A stretch of DNA of 63,913 nt, counting the filler, from Octopus bimaculoides (Eukaryota): NCBI RefSeq assembly GCF_001194135.2. It is 4 parts of 4 records of this genome, joined end to end, with 100 filler letters (N's around TTAATTAATTAA, not from the genome) between each part and the next. Parts side by side here need not be neighbours in the genome. Positions count along the whole stretch, not along the records: positions 41,076 to 62,812 come from NC_068993.1; positions 62,913 to 63,913 come from NC_068987.1; 2 more parts are not named here. The stretch is one strand, 5' to 3'. The position numbers and the translations under genes were made by a program. Below, in pieces: positions 52,652-63,913 of this stretch (position 1 is the first letter of the stretch; the number at the start of each line of letters is the position of its first letter). The notes below the pieces were generated by a model. That model was not told where the DNA came from. It ran no database searches and worked only from the letters and a program-made list of their open reading frames with translations.

Positions 52652-52759
52652 GTAAAGATTTTTGCCAACATAACATGGCAGTCCTGGTTTAGGACAAATG
52701 TTGCTGCAACATTCATCCTAAGCTAGGACTGCCATGTTATGTTGGCAAACAATCTTTAC
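52652..52759. other. 108-nt near-perfect hairpin (MITE-like or structured-RNA-like)
   Basis: gtaaagatttttgccaacataacatggcagtcctggtttagga pairs with tcctaagctaggactgccatgttatgttggcaaacaatctttac. The inner stem is aatgttgc-t-gcaacatt. Confidence 0.85.
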
Positions 52760-53858
52760 TCCAAAGTACTGGTGTGAAATTTAAAAATAGTAATTTTCAA
52801 ATAATTTCTGTGTTCTGTTGAAGTCTTTGCTATTTTCTACTTTGTCATTCGTGTAAAAAGCTCGTAGGGGGCATTTGATTACCCTTGAGTAGCTTCTGCC
52901 CTTTTTTGTCCTGCGTCACAACTCATAGACTTTATTTTTGCGTCAGGGTGTGGCCCGGATCGTAAGGGTTTTGCAGGGTCATTAGGACATTCATGTCTAT
53001 ACAAAGCATTACCTAACCACATACCTTACCTTTTGACCTCGAATCTTAACGCTTACCTCTACTAAATGACGACAAAAATGACGACAAGTCAAGGAACACA
53101 GTAATTTCTGATATCTTCTAACGTCACTCTTGTGTGAAACCACCCAAGTTTTGTGCTACATGAATTGTCCTTAGTTCCGAATATTCGGCACACTGTTCTG
53201 TACATAGTGTTTCGGCCAAATAAATAGAGATTGCACCACACAACGGTCACAGTTGCATGGAAATGTACTTTCAACGATTACGAGCAATTCCCTGGTCTTT
53301 GCGATGCACTGATATATATAATTTCGTCTTTCTGTTCGATAAGTAGGGTTACACCTTCCATTATCACCTAGCTCTCTCTTATAGACATTTTTTTTTGCGA
53401 AACTCTATACCAGAGACTGGTTTAGCGAATAGGGCTGGAAGTTTTACGTTTTCCTCTCAATTCGATTTCCTCACTCATTCTTTTGTTTGACTACATGTGT
53501 GTGGGCGTCTTTATCTTGTTCTTGTTGTTATCGTTAATCGTGTCGTTTAAATTGTTTAAAATAATGTCGTTATTTTCTGTCCTAAAATAATTATTTTCTT
53601 GTGAAATACATATAATCTGTTAAGAAATTGAATTTGTTTACATTTTACTGTTTATTTCCCGTTTCTTGTCTTCACGGGCTTTTCTAGCAGCCATGTTGCT
53701 AAATTACTAGTGAAAGCGCAATATTGTTTTTTGCCACTTAAAGAACCTTCCAAGCAAACATAAACATATGAAATAGAATTCTTACCTCTCTCTGTAAAGA
53801 TTTTCCCCGCATAATGTCATTTGGTAAAATTTCCCAAGAGTGAAACAAAATCATAGCA

Positions 53859-53933
<75 letters not shown>

Positions 53934-54896
53934 TTCATAGGCTACAAGGCATCTACATATAACTAAAACGCTACACATGGGTTATAAGAATGTATAGGCA
54001 TAAAGAAGGCAAAGTTATATAAAAGGCGGAAAGTGTAAAGATGTTATAAATATGGTTCTATTACAAATTCACGAGGTCACGTAGACCCTTTATATCTTCC
54101 AACAGTTTTTTGTTTATTGTGCAAAGAACTGAATTTCGGCGCAACATCTTCAGCAGGGAGAGGGTTCCCTTTTTCCTTTTCTCTGTTTGTCCTGTTATTT
54201 CTAACATCCTGCCCACTCATGGCTCAGTTCCATCTCCTCTTCATTGTCACAAGAATGAGGTTGGGCTGCTGATTATCGCCAGAGAAACGGTCCCTCGGCT
54301 TCTTTCAAATGCGATTATCTCCCTTGATATTACTAGAGCCTTGTAGGACTCTCGAAACAACAGCATCCACGATTTGCTGCTATTGTTTACTTCTCTTAGT
54401 TTCTCCTGTTCTTCAAGGAAGAAATCCCTTAACTTCAACGACCACATGTTTTAACAGTTGGACTTTGTCCCTAAACGGACAATCATAATGCTTTTCCCAG
54501 AACGCGCCAAAGAACACAACAACTGCCGTTGGATCTATGAGGATTTACATGTCCATAGAAATGTCATCCGACCACATTTTGTCCCAAGTCCTGCCATTGC
54601 AGTCCAACCGATAAAATACTGTTAAAGTATCGAAGATACAAGCTAAGGTTGTCACCAATGGTTTATACCCTCATGTTTCTTTGTTTCAAATATTGTTGAA
54701 ACTATGTGTAGGTGAGTGGTACGACACCCTAGCTCCATTCGACTCAACGCCTCATCCTTGGATTTAGGGATAACAAATATGGCTACCCTATATTCCCCAC
54801 TAACTCGACGTAGGCAAGCTCAATCGACATGCAGACGAGACCTGCCACTCCCTGTTCTTCTGAAGCCCAAGAAAATTCCCAAAGGCGCAGGAAGGC

Positions 54897-54982
<86 letters not shown>

Positions 54983-55738
54983 TATTGGTCTTATACACAC
55001 GTTTCTCAGTCTAAAGACTGTGATTGTTTGTTCACCTGTAGAGTAGAATCCTCTTTATCAATTTTACACACCTTTTGCTTCCTCTCGTCCAGTTTGTTCT
55101 GCTTTCTTTTTCCTGTTTATATTGTTAAGTGAGGCATCAAAATCGCTCGAATTAAACACAACAAATATGCAATCATTTCTTGTTTCAAAACGCAATGGTT
55201 TCGTTTAATAGTATTTGTTCCATTCTCTTCTTTCACTTACTTTTTCTTTTCTTTTGTTGTTGCGTGTTATATGTGGAACTGTTAAGGCTTATGTTTCAGG
55301 GAGTGCTTGGTCGATGACATTTTCGTTGAATGTCAGCCAACACAGCAAGTGTTCAGAAATGGCTTTTATTTTGCCCCGATTTGGACGATGACAAAATTAA
55401 AACTGATAAAAATCATCCACCTTACTTTGAGTCAACTCAAACTGACACTGAGAAAGTCATCCGATTTTGGAAAGAAAAAAAATTACGCAAAGTTAATCCA
55501 GAAACAATAAAATTATGAAACACGTATCGTCACGGTAAGATCCAGGAATAACAACGACAATAACAATNNNNNNNNNNNNNNNNNNNNNNNNNNNNNNNNN
55601 NNNNNNNNNNNNNNNNNNNNNNNNNNNNNNNNNNNNNNNNNNNNNNNNNNNNNNNNNNNNNNNNNNNNNNNNNNNATATATATGTGTGTGTGTGTATGTA
55701 TATATGCGTATATGCGTGTATGCATTGATTTGTTCCAG

Positions 55739-55815
55739 CGAATCTCCTGCTATGCAAAGAAAGAAACACATAAATACATCCACAGCCATATTCACTGTCG
55801 TCATATGCGGAGAAG
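55739..55815 (+). CDS. Candidate exon (RISCYAKKETHKYIHSHIHCRHMRR), phase 0 to 2
   Basis: ttgatttgttccag acceptor and AAG|gtgaac donor. Confidence 0.3.
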
Positions 55816-56051
55816 GTGAACATAAGGCCCTTAGGTTTATAAGAACGCCCACAAATATAGTTGGCATCATTCGGAATATGTAATCTATTACTATCGCCTA
55901 CTCACTAGTCAAACCCTCGTAACAGTCAGCACATCTCTGGGTTGACGCGCACAAAGGATACAGACTTTATTTAAAAGTCGTGAAATGTAGTTAAACACGG
56001 TCTGCCTAAAAACTGAAAATACTGTACCCGATAATCTTTGGCATCCTACAG

Positions 56052-56107
56052 CGAAGACTTTTACAGTGACTGTCTTGAACTTTTGCTTGGCAATATCATA
56101 GCTCCAG
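56052..56107 (+). CDS. Candidate exon ((S)EDFYSDCLELLLGNIIAP), phase 2 to 1
   Basis: catcctacag acceptor, CAG|gtaaca donor, only one open frame. Confidence 0.4.
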
Positions 56108-56630
56108 GTAACAGAGGTCGTGGTTCATCATCAGCAAGTAACGTTGCTTAGTTACTAACCGGAAGCTATTTCCATACATCATGAAACTAGAAGAGATGAA
56201 ACGTATCGTGTTCGTTATTTTTTCCCCATTCTTAGTAACAGAATGAAGACGCTTGAACACCACCTAGCGAGCAGATGTATACACATTTATATATATTCTA
56301 ACTTTTCCGTAAAGTGCTTGGTGCAGAGACTTCTACTGTTTGAAGGTGACGTTCAGTGTCGTAAATCGCGGATAACTCAGCAGTCGATCAATAAATGTCC
56401 TTGTCTGTCCCACCCAACTGTTACTGACGAGTCTGTTTTACGGGCAGTTGATTAATTTGAGCCTGCTGATCGTTGTTACGAGAAAACATTGATAGAGAAA
56501 ATCAAGATGATACTGTATATTTAATTTATGCTGAATGATCAATGTGGAACAGCCTAGAATCTTATACACCTATATCTCGGTGTTAGTTAAAATCAGTCAT
56601 GCAAGAATTAAGTCTGGTTCTACTTTTCAG

Positions 56631-56809
56631 AACGTGTTCCGCTTCGCTCTTTTACATTAATCGACTTCACAAACATATGTAAAGAAAATGACCTCGATTT
56701 GTTTCCCTGTGTTGCAGCAACTGAATCTAAAATAATAATTCTTTCTACTCCAAGCCTGAAGTTGTTTCGGGAATGGAATGAGTCGATGACATCGACGTCG
56801 AATACATGA
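56631..56809 (+). CDS. Candidate terminal exon ((E)RVPLRSFTLIDFTNICKENDLDLFPCVAATESKIIILSTPSLKLFREWNESMTSTSNT*)
   Basis: ctacttttcag acceptor, phase-1 start matching 56052-56107, 58 open codons. Confidence 0.35.
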
Positions 56810-56915
56810 AAGGCAAAGTCGACCGCGACGGAATACGGACTCAAGAAATGAAGGCAAACGAGACACCAGTAAGCATTTTCTCCGGCATACTAAACTTTTG
56901 TCAGCTCACCGCATT
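56790..56915 (-). mobile_element. Family-A SINE, antisense, partial
   Basis: atgaaaggcaaagtcgaccgcgacggaatacggactcaag...cagctcaccgc. Confidence 0.75.
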
Positions 56916-56963
56916 TAGTGAAATAATGACGATGACGACAACAATGATGATGATGATGATGAC

Positions 56964-57018
<55 letters not shown>

Positions 57019-57091
57019 TGTATGTATGTATGTATGTATGTATGTATATATGTATATTATATGTTATATGAATGTTATTCATGTTTTTCAG

Positions 57092-57223
57092 CAACATCAG
57101 CAAAATAGCGGAATTAACAGTTCACGGATAATTGCAACTCTAACGACCAGCTCATGTCAAACATATAATCCGGCTTCCCACTACATCACTCTTGAGAAAA
57201 CACTACCGAAATTGCTTTTCCTG
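57092..57223 (+). CDS. Candidate symmetric exon (QHQQNSGINSSRIIATLTTSSCQTYNPASHYITLEKTLPKLLFL)
   Basis: gtttttcag acceptor, CTG|gtaaga donor, 132 nt, only frame 0 open. Confidence 0.35.
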
Positions 57224-57768
57224 GTAAGAGATGATGACCTGGACATAAGCCATAAAACATGTTGATTACAGCCCAGTACATTAAAAAGGAACTTTTGAAT
57301 GAGTCTTGAACAATGAAGTGAGTGACAGGATGAAATCTGAAGAGCATCGTAAGAACTGCTTAAGTGACTGCTGCAGAGCTATTTCTAAACAAAGCGATAA
57401 AATCCATTCTTCCAATTCAACACCCTTCTTTGTCATTTAATCAATGCATTCGTCTTATACAACCCTCATAATGCATCCATAAGTGAAAGTTCTAGAATAT
57501 AAGTTCACTTCTCCGCTTTACTGTCCCGGAGATCTGTCTACGGCATTGGAAACGAGTCGTCAAAGAAATACGGTGAAGAGTCTTCGATAGCATTGCAGCA
57601 GCCATTTTAAGCAGGGAGGACTAAAAGCCTGAGTTGAGGATTAGAATGACCCTTGCTGTTTTTACCTGGATATATTTTGGGATCCTTCCTGCTAGTATAT
57701 TTTGTCATCCAGAGTATGCAGCCATCCATATATACATACGTATATACTTATTCACATGAATACATGTG

Positions 57769-57811
<43 letters not shown>

Positions 57812-58194
57812 GCACACACACACACACACACACACGTACACACACACACACATATATAACATGAAGATGGAACGAACAGGCTTTAATCACAAATCACAAC
57901 AATTGTTTCTGTGCATTGGTGACGGCTGTTAAATGCTGAGTTTTCATTCATGCTGTTATATAAATCTTACATAATTAAATAACGTGATCTAACTGTTGCT
58001 GTAAACTCGTACGTCATCAGGTGAATGGCTTTGAGAGCAGTGCTGCGTGTTCAGTCCATCCTCAAGTTTTAGAAATTTTTAGATAACTTCTGCGTAGATT
58101 AAAGCATTTCTCCATGTACATACAATATGACAGCATATTACAGCAGATAACCGTACAGGAGCTTTGAAGTCTGAAGAGATAAGTTTCAAAACTC

Positions 58195-58400
58195 AATACA
58201 AATTCTTTTATTCTTTTACTTGTTTCAATCATTTTAATGTGGCCATGCTGGAGCACCACCTGAAAAGGTTTTAGCCAAACAAATCGGGACTTATTCTTTG
58301 TAAACCTAGTACTTATTCTATCGGTCTCCAACATCGGTTGTCAAGCGATGGTGGGGGACAAACACAGACACAAAACACACACATACATACATACACACAT
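58195..58400 (-). mobile_element. Family-B SINE 3' half, internally deleted
   Basis: ttcttttacttgtttc...ggccatgctggagcaccacc...acatcggttgtcaagcgatggtgggggacaaacacagacac. Confidence 0.85.
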
Positions 58401-58421
58401 GCACGCACAAACACACACGGG

Positions 58422-58472
<51 letters not shown>

Positions 58473-58515
58473 ATTTTGGAAGTCTAGTGTGTGGCATTAT
58501 TCTGTAGTAATGCCC

Positions 58516-58560
<45 letters not shown>

Positions 58561-58829
58561 CATATATTTATATGCATATATAAAGAGAGAGAGAGAGAAA
58601 AAAAAGAGAAAAAGCTACAGGAAATAATAATGGTTAGTGGTGGATAAAAATGTTGATAGTGGAGACGATAGCGATAATGGTTTTGGTATCAATGGTGGCG
58701 GCGATGGTGGTAATGGTTTTCTTCTTTTTTTACTACTACAGCTGATATTAGCCGGGGTAATGATAATCTTTATCTCCTTCTTTTGTTTTAGACAGTCATC
58801 TTAATACGTATGTCTGTGTGCGCACCTTA

Positions 58830-58860
<31 letters not shown>

Positions 58861-59203
58861 CACACATGCATGCATGTATGTATGTATGTATATATGCATG
58901 CATGTATTGTGTGCGCGCTGTGTGTGTGTATGTGTGTGTATGTGTGTGCGCGTGTGTGTGTGTGTGCGTGTGTGTGTGTGTGTGTGTGTAAGTCTTTGTC
59001 CTTGATTTGAGCACCAGTTTAGTCAAGGTTCTGTATAATCTGATAACATTCCGATGGTAACAATCATGATTTTTACAATTGTCATTTACATCGTCACTGC
59101 CGTCATCATCTTCATAAACATCATCATCGACATCACTGTCATCACCAGCAACCACCACCATCACCATATACATATATACATTCACACACATATGTAATCA
59201 CAC

Positions 59204-59349
<146 letters not shown>

Positions 59350-59624
59350 TGTATGCATATATGTAAATGTGTATGTAAGCAAGTATGTATGTATTAATAT
59401 TCGCCTCTCTGACTGATTAGAATAAATCTAGCACTATTATTGGATGCAACCGCTAAGTAGATAATGGTTTTATTTCTAAGAGTATGTCTGACCGCAAAAT
59501 GACGTATACTAATATGTTATTGCGTCTGGATGGAAACAAAGAAGTCCATAGCCACTGACCGTTGGCTATTTTTGTGTCAAATGCGTATAAATGCACATAT
59601 ACAGTGAGAAAATATGTACACTGA

Positions 59625-59661
<37 letters not shown>

Positions 59662-60299
59662 TAGATATTATGAAAACAATGTAATGTGTGAATTTTTGTG
59701 TTGTCGTGTGGCTTGCTAGAAAAAACAGCCTAATCTTCCTCAAATCAAAACATGTCGAATTGGGGAGACGAAAAGGGACATTAGGGTGATATGGCAAGAT
59801 GTTCACTTTTGGAGCATCACTGATCGTATGCTTATTAAGTCATGCTGAAACCGACTAAAAAGTCAACGATACATCATAGCATATGTTTGTACTAACCACA
59901 AAACCATTGAGGCGTGATGCACTTTTATTTGTCGCTTACGCATTCAATGAATCCATCCATCCACCCATTCTTATTCTCTGCTCATTATTCTGTGGAAATT
60001 GCTAGGGTGGAATCCTCAGCAATCTTCTCCACAGGATCCTATCAGAAGCGCCATTACACTTTCCGGTTGGATTCCCGAGCGTGACCAACCGAGACAATGG
60101 ACAGTAGCCAATCGTCTCGTCCCTGGACTACTTCTCGGTCTCTTACTGGATGGTTCAGCTTGAAGAATCGACCATTCTTTCCTCCGACATTTTAATCACG
60201 TGTTTGTAATATCGGAGTTGTGAACTCTAAATGAATGCAGAGAAGTAGCAGCTCCACATTGAGCGATCTCCGAGCTACTCAGCCGTCGAGTAAATAATA

Positions 60300-60855
60300 C
60301 GAGGTCTGATCAAAAAGTATCGGGACAGTTGCTATAGTAACGGAACTAAAGTACGCAGTGTGAACCCGTTTGGCACAGATTGACCTTGAAATCTGTCTCG
60401 CACGTATGCTAAGTTATAACGTCCTCACTCACATCCGTTGTTTGCAGCAGTGCTTTGAAGTAAAGTGTGTAGAGTGTGGTCGTACGGAAACAAGATGGGG
60501 ATTCAACTGCGCAAGATCTCCTTGATTGTGTCGAGGATGTCGAAAATTTTGAAAACGGTCATAAGAGGTGACGAATCCTGGGTCTATGGCTGTGACCGCA
60601 AAACCAGGGCAAAAATCAAACACCACTTAAATGAAACAAGATTTCAAGACATCGAAGAAATCCAAGAGAATGCGACGTGGTACCTGTTTGCTATTCCCCA
60701 AAATGAGTTCCAGGAACGTTTATATCAAGAAAAATGAGGCTGAATAGAGTGCTTGGCCTCGGAAGGAAACGACTTCAAGGAGATTAAATGCCGGATTGAT
60801 GTGTTGTAGTTTTCGTTTTATAGCACCAATCACGAGACCTTTTAATCAGACTTTA
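60300..60855 (+). mobile_element. Internally deleted mariner (MITE-like) with TIRs and flanking TA
   Basis: The ends are ta|cgaggtctgatcaaaaagt and cttttaatcagacttta|ta. Translation gives KILKTVIRGDESWVYG fused to RFQDIEEIQEN..IPQNEFQE. Confidence 0.85.
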
Positions 60856-61099
60856 TATTAGAATTAGAAAAACAAAGAAAAGAACATTTTTGCCCTTTTT
60901 GGAAGTCTACATTATTATTACACAAAATCATTAATGTGAACCCAGCTCCTTTCAATCAGCAATTAAGCTACAAAGAGTAGTTTCTCATTAAAACATTACG
61001 TCAGAAGATCAGAAGAGAACGCATCCTCATTGCCACAATATTTGAACCATATGCAGTGAAAGGAAAAAACAAAACCAAAAATACACAGAGCTGAGACAA

Positions 61100-61663
61100 C
61101 AGAGCCGCTTCGGGATCACTCAGCTTGCTAGAAATGATAGTCAAAATTCCATCAACCCAAACCATACCATCTTAAAAGGACAAATCTAGGATGCCCTGAA
61201 TAGTGTTATCCCAGATGTTTAATATTAGGCGCAAAGACAGGATAGGCATGGCTGGAAATCCTTTGACCAGAGATCGTACATAAATGGGTGTCATCGGCTG
61301 CTTAAGGATCTGTTCACTCATTCTTTAAATTCGTCAACCAGCGAAGAACCTATACATAGTCGCTCGACCTGCTAGAAATGACAGCTAAATGTCCTTCATA
61401 TCACCCACATGCCGTCTTCAACAATGGAAGCACATCGAATAATGTAGTCTTAGAAGCACCATGCGCGATAATCATTCTTATTCTGATGCAAGGCCAACAA
61501 TTTCGAGGGGAGGGGAAGTGGAATGCATCGAACCTAACGTCGAATTAGTACTTGTTTTATCGATCTTTAACCGATGAAAGGCTAAGCTGACCTCAGTGAC
61601 ATTTCAGCTCGGAACGTAAAGACGGGTGAGATGGCGCTCAGGATTTTGTTCAGCAAGGTAATG

Positions 61664-61744
<81 letters not shown>

Positions 61745-61930
61745 CATCTTAGTTATCGATCTGCTGGTTCAGTGATGATCTGAGGTTAAAAATCAACAAC
61801 CATGACCACAGAACAACGTGGTAATTTCTGTGTAGTTACTTGATCTGCCGGTAATAGTAACCAAATCTAATTCATTTTAACCCGTTAACGCATTAAGAAA
61901 GGGAAGGACATGTAGGATGATGTAGCAGGA
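61100..61930 (+). repeat. Cluster of fragments of a recurrent repeat (family D, gctagaaat..cagc.aaat.tcc.tc) around an antisense family-A SINE (61495-61650)
   Basis: The motif recurs at about 61105, 61365 and 61840, also at 46105 and 59710, and antisense at 4505 and 20455. Confidence 0.6.
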
Positions 61931-62116
61931 GATTAATCATGGCTTAAGTAAGAAGGAGAAAAGAAAAAAAGAAAGACTTGATCAGATCAACCTTGGTCAA
62001 AGCTGATTTGTGTAACAACAGCAATAAAACCACGGTCAAAGAGCGCCCTGTTTCGAATTTATTTAGCGAACCAATGAAATGCTTTCGTTTACTATACATA
62101 AATACATACATACATG

Positions 62117-62256
<140 letters not shown>

Positions 62257-62912
62257 TATATATGTATGTATATATGAGATGATCTTTCTCACAACTTATA
62301 AATATACTTTCATTTTTGTATTCGTAGAGTACATTCACGTATGGAATACATACATAAAGCTCCCGTGATGTTATAGAAATATGGGAATTTTATAAAAATA
62401 ATGCGAAGTCTTGGATTCGGTTTCGTTAATGCTGCGGAATCGAGCAAGTGTTCTTCAACAGCAAGGTGCACAAAGGTAGATATAATTGTGTGGTAATGCA
62501 AACGTGTGTATTTATGAATAATTGAATAGGTACAGAGGAGGAAGAGATAGGAAAGATCAAGTTGAATGGAAATTAAGAAGCAGTAACACAGAGAGAAAAA
62601 TAGAGAGAGAGAGAGAGAAAGTGAGGGGGAGAGAGGAAGAAGTGAGAAAGAGAGGGAAAGAGAGAGGGAGAAGAGAGAGAGAGAGAAATACTTGGAAGCT
62701 CGGCAATATTACTTCGTAATAATGCTTATTATTATTGCATACATACATTCATACATACATACATACATACATACATACATACATCTATAAATATATATAT
62801 GTATATATATATNNNNNNNNNNNNNNNNNNNNNNNNNNNNNNNNNNNNNNNNNNNNTTAATTAATTAANNNNNNNNNNNNNNNNNNNNNNNNNNNNNNNN
62901 NNNNNNNNNNNN

Positions 62913-62943
<31 letters not shown>

Positions 62944-63446
62944 TGGCTTTATTTTTAAATGCTATGTAATGTGTATTTAATTGAATATAGTTGCCAGCAC
63001 AGATTGGCATTTACATTCTAATTATCTTATGTGGTTCCGAAGTTCGTAATATATTTCTTTGAATTAAAATCTCTACATTTCTACGTATTTCTCTATGCAA
63101 CTTCTCGATTAGGGTCAAAGCTTTCCTTGATTCAACTTCGCCTTGACTCCTTCGCGAAGATTTAACATATGATATTTTGGGATAGGAGAAGCTTGTCATA
63201 TCTATGAGAAACATGATGCCTCAATCAATCTGAACATCGAAATATTTCTGATATTGTGAGTAGTTGCTTAGTTACCTCTTGTTGCTGACGAATATTTTTT
63301 GTATAATATCTGTATATTCCAAATCCTTAAAATCTTTCATGATATTCTTCCATGAAGTAATAAACATTCACTGGTAGATAGGGGATTCAAAAAAGGATAC
63401 AATTTAAATTTCGTATAAAGTATATATTAATATGTATACATATAAG

Positions 63447-63648
63447 AAGGCGGCTATCTGGCAAAGAGGAGAAAATGGATAGTGGCATTTTGACCGTGTT
63501 TACGATCTGAATTGGAATTCTGCCGAGATCGCCTTTGCCTTTTGTCCTTCGGGATCGATAAAATAAGTATCTGTTGAGCACTGAGCTGTCAATGCAATTG
63601 AGTTTCCACTCTCCTAAATTTGTTGGCCTTGTGCCAACATTTGAATCC
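63447..63648 (+). mobile_element. Diverged family-A SINE
   Basis: ggcggctatctggca...cctttgcctttgtccttcgggatcgataaaataagta...ggccttgtgccaacatttgaa. Confidence 0.75.
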
Positions 63649-63766
63649 TATATGTATATGTATATATATATGAGTATATATGTGTGTGTTTGTGTGTGTG
63701 TGTGTGTATGTGTGTGTGTGCATGCATATTTATAAATGTATATAGATAGATAGTTAGATAGATAGG

Positions 63767-63802
<36 letters not shown>

Positions 63803-63808
63803 CGGATG

Positions 63809-63848
<40 letters not shown>

Positions 63849-63851
63849 CAT

Positions 63852-63913
63852 TTCTTTTATTAGCCACACAGGGCTCAACGAAGATGGGACAAATACAATG
63901 TAGAGCATTTCTT
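63852..63913 (-). mobile_element. 3' end of a second Tx1-like element abutting (GATA)n, cut by the window edge
   Basis: tttattagccacacagggctcaacgaagatgggacaaatacaatgtagag resembles tttattaaaccatgcagggccaaacacagaagggacaatacaatgtagaa at 35224-35275. Confidence 0.65.

Overview
This is AT-rich, microsatellite-saturated animal genomic DNA with many N-gaps. The SINE, RTE and Tc1-mariner repertoire points to an octopus (inference; no search was run). I found no rRNA, true tRNA gene or CRISPR array. Most ORF-track entries are translations of microsatellites or gaps. Supported content: (1) many tRNA-headed SINE copies from at least four families, two of them in tandem arrays; (2) decayed retroelements, namely two Penelope-like fragments (RT and GIY-YIG), RTE 3' ends, an R4/Dong REL-endonuclease 3' end between (TAA)n tracts, and Tx1/L1 3' ends abutting (GATA)n; (3) Tc1/mariner relics, including two DD37D/maT deletion derivatives; (4) a phase-compatible chain of candidate exons of an unidentified minus-strand gene (about 27.4 kb to 2.6 kb) and a weaker plus-strand chain (50-57 kb); (5) fold-back elements, one carrying a degenerate hammerhead-like motif. 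CpG content steps up near 41-42 kb, where an artificial TTAATTAATTAA scaffold linker also lies. Repeat boundaries are approximate, and exon calls rest only on splice motifs, open frames and phase.
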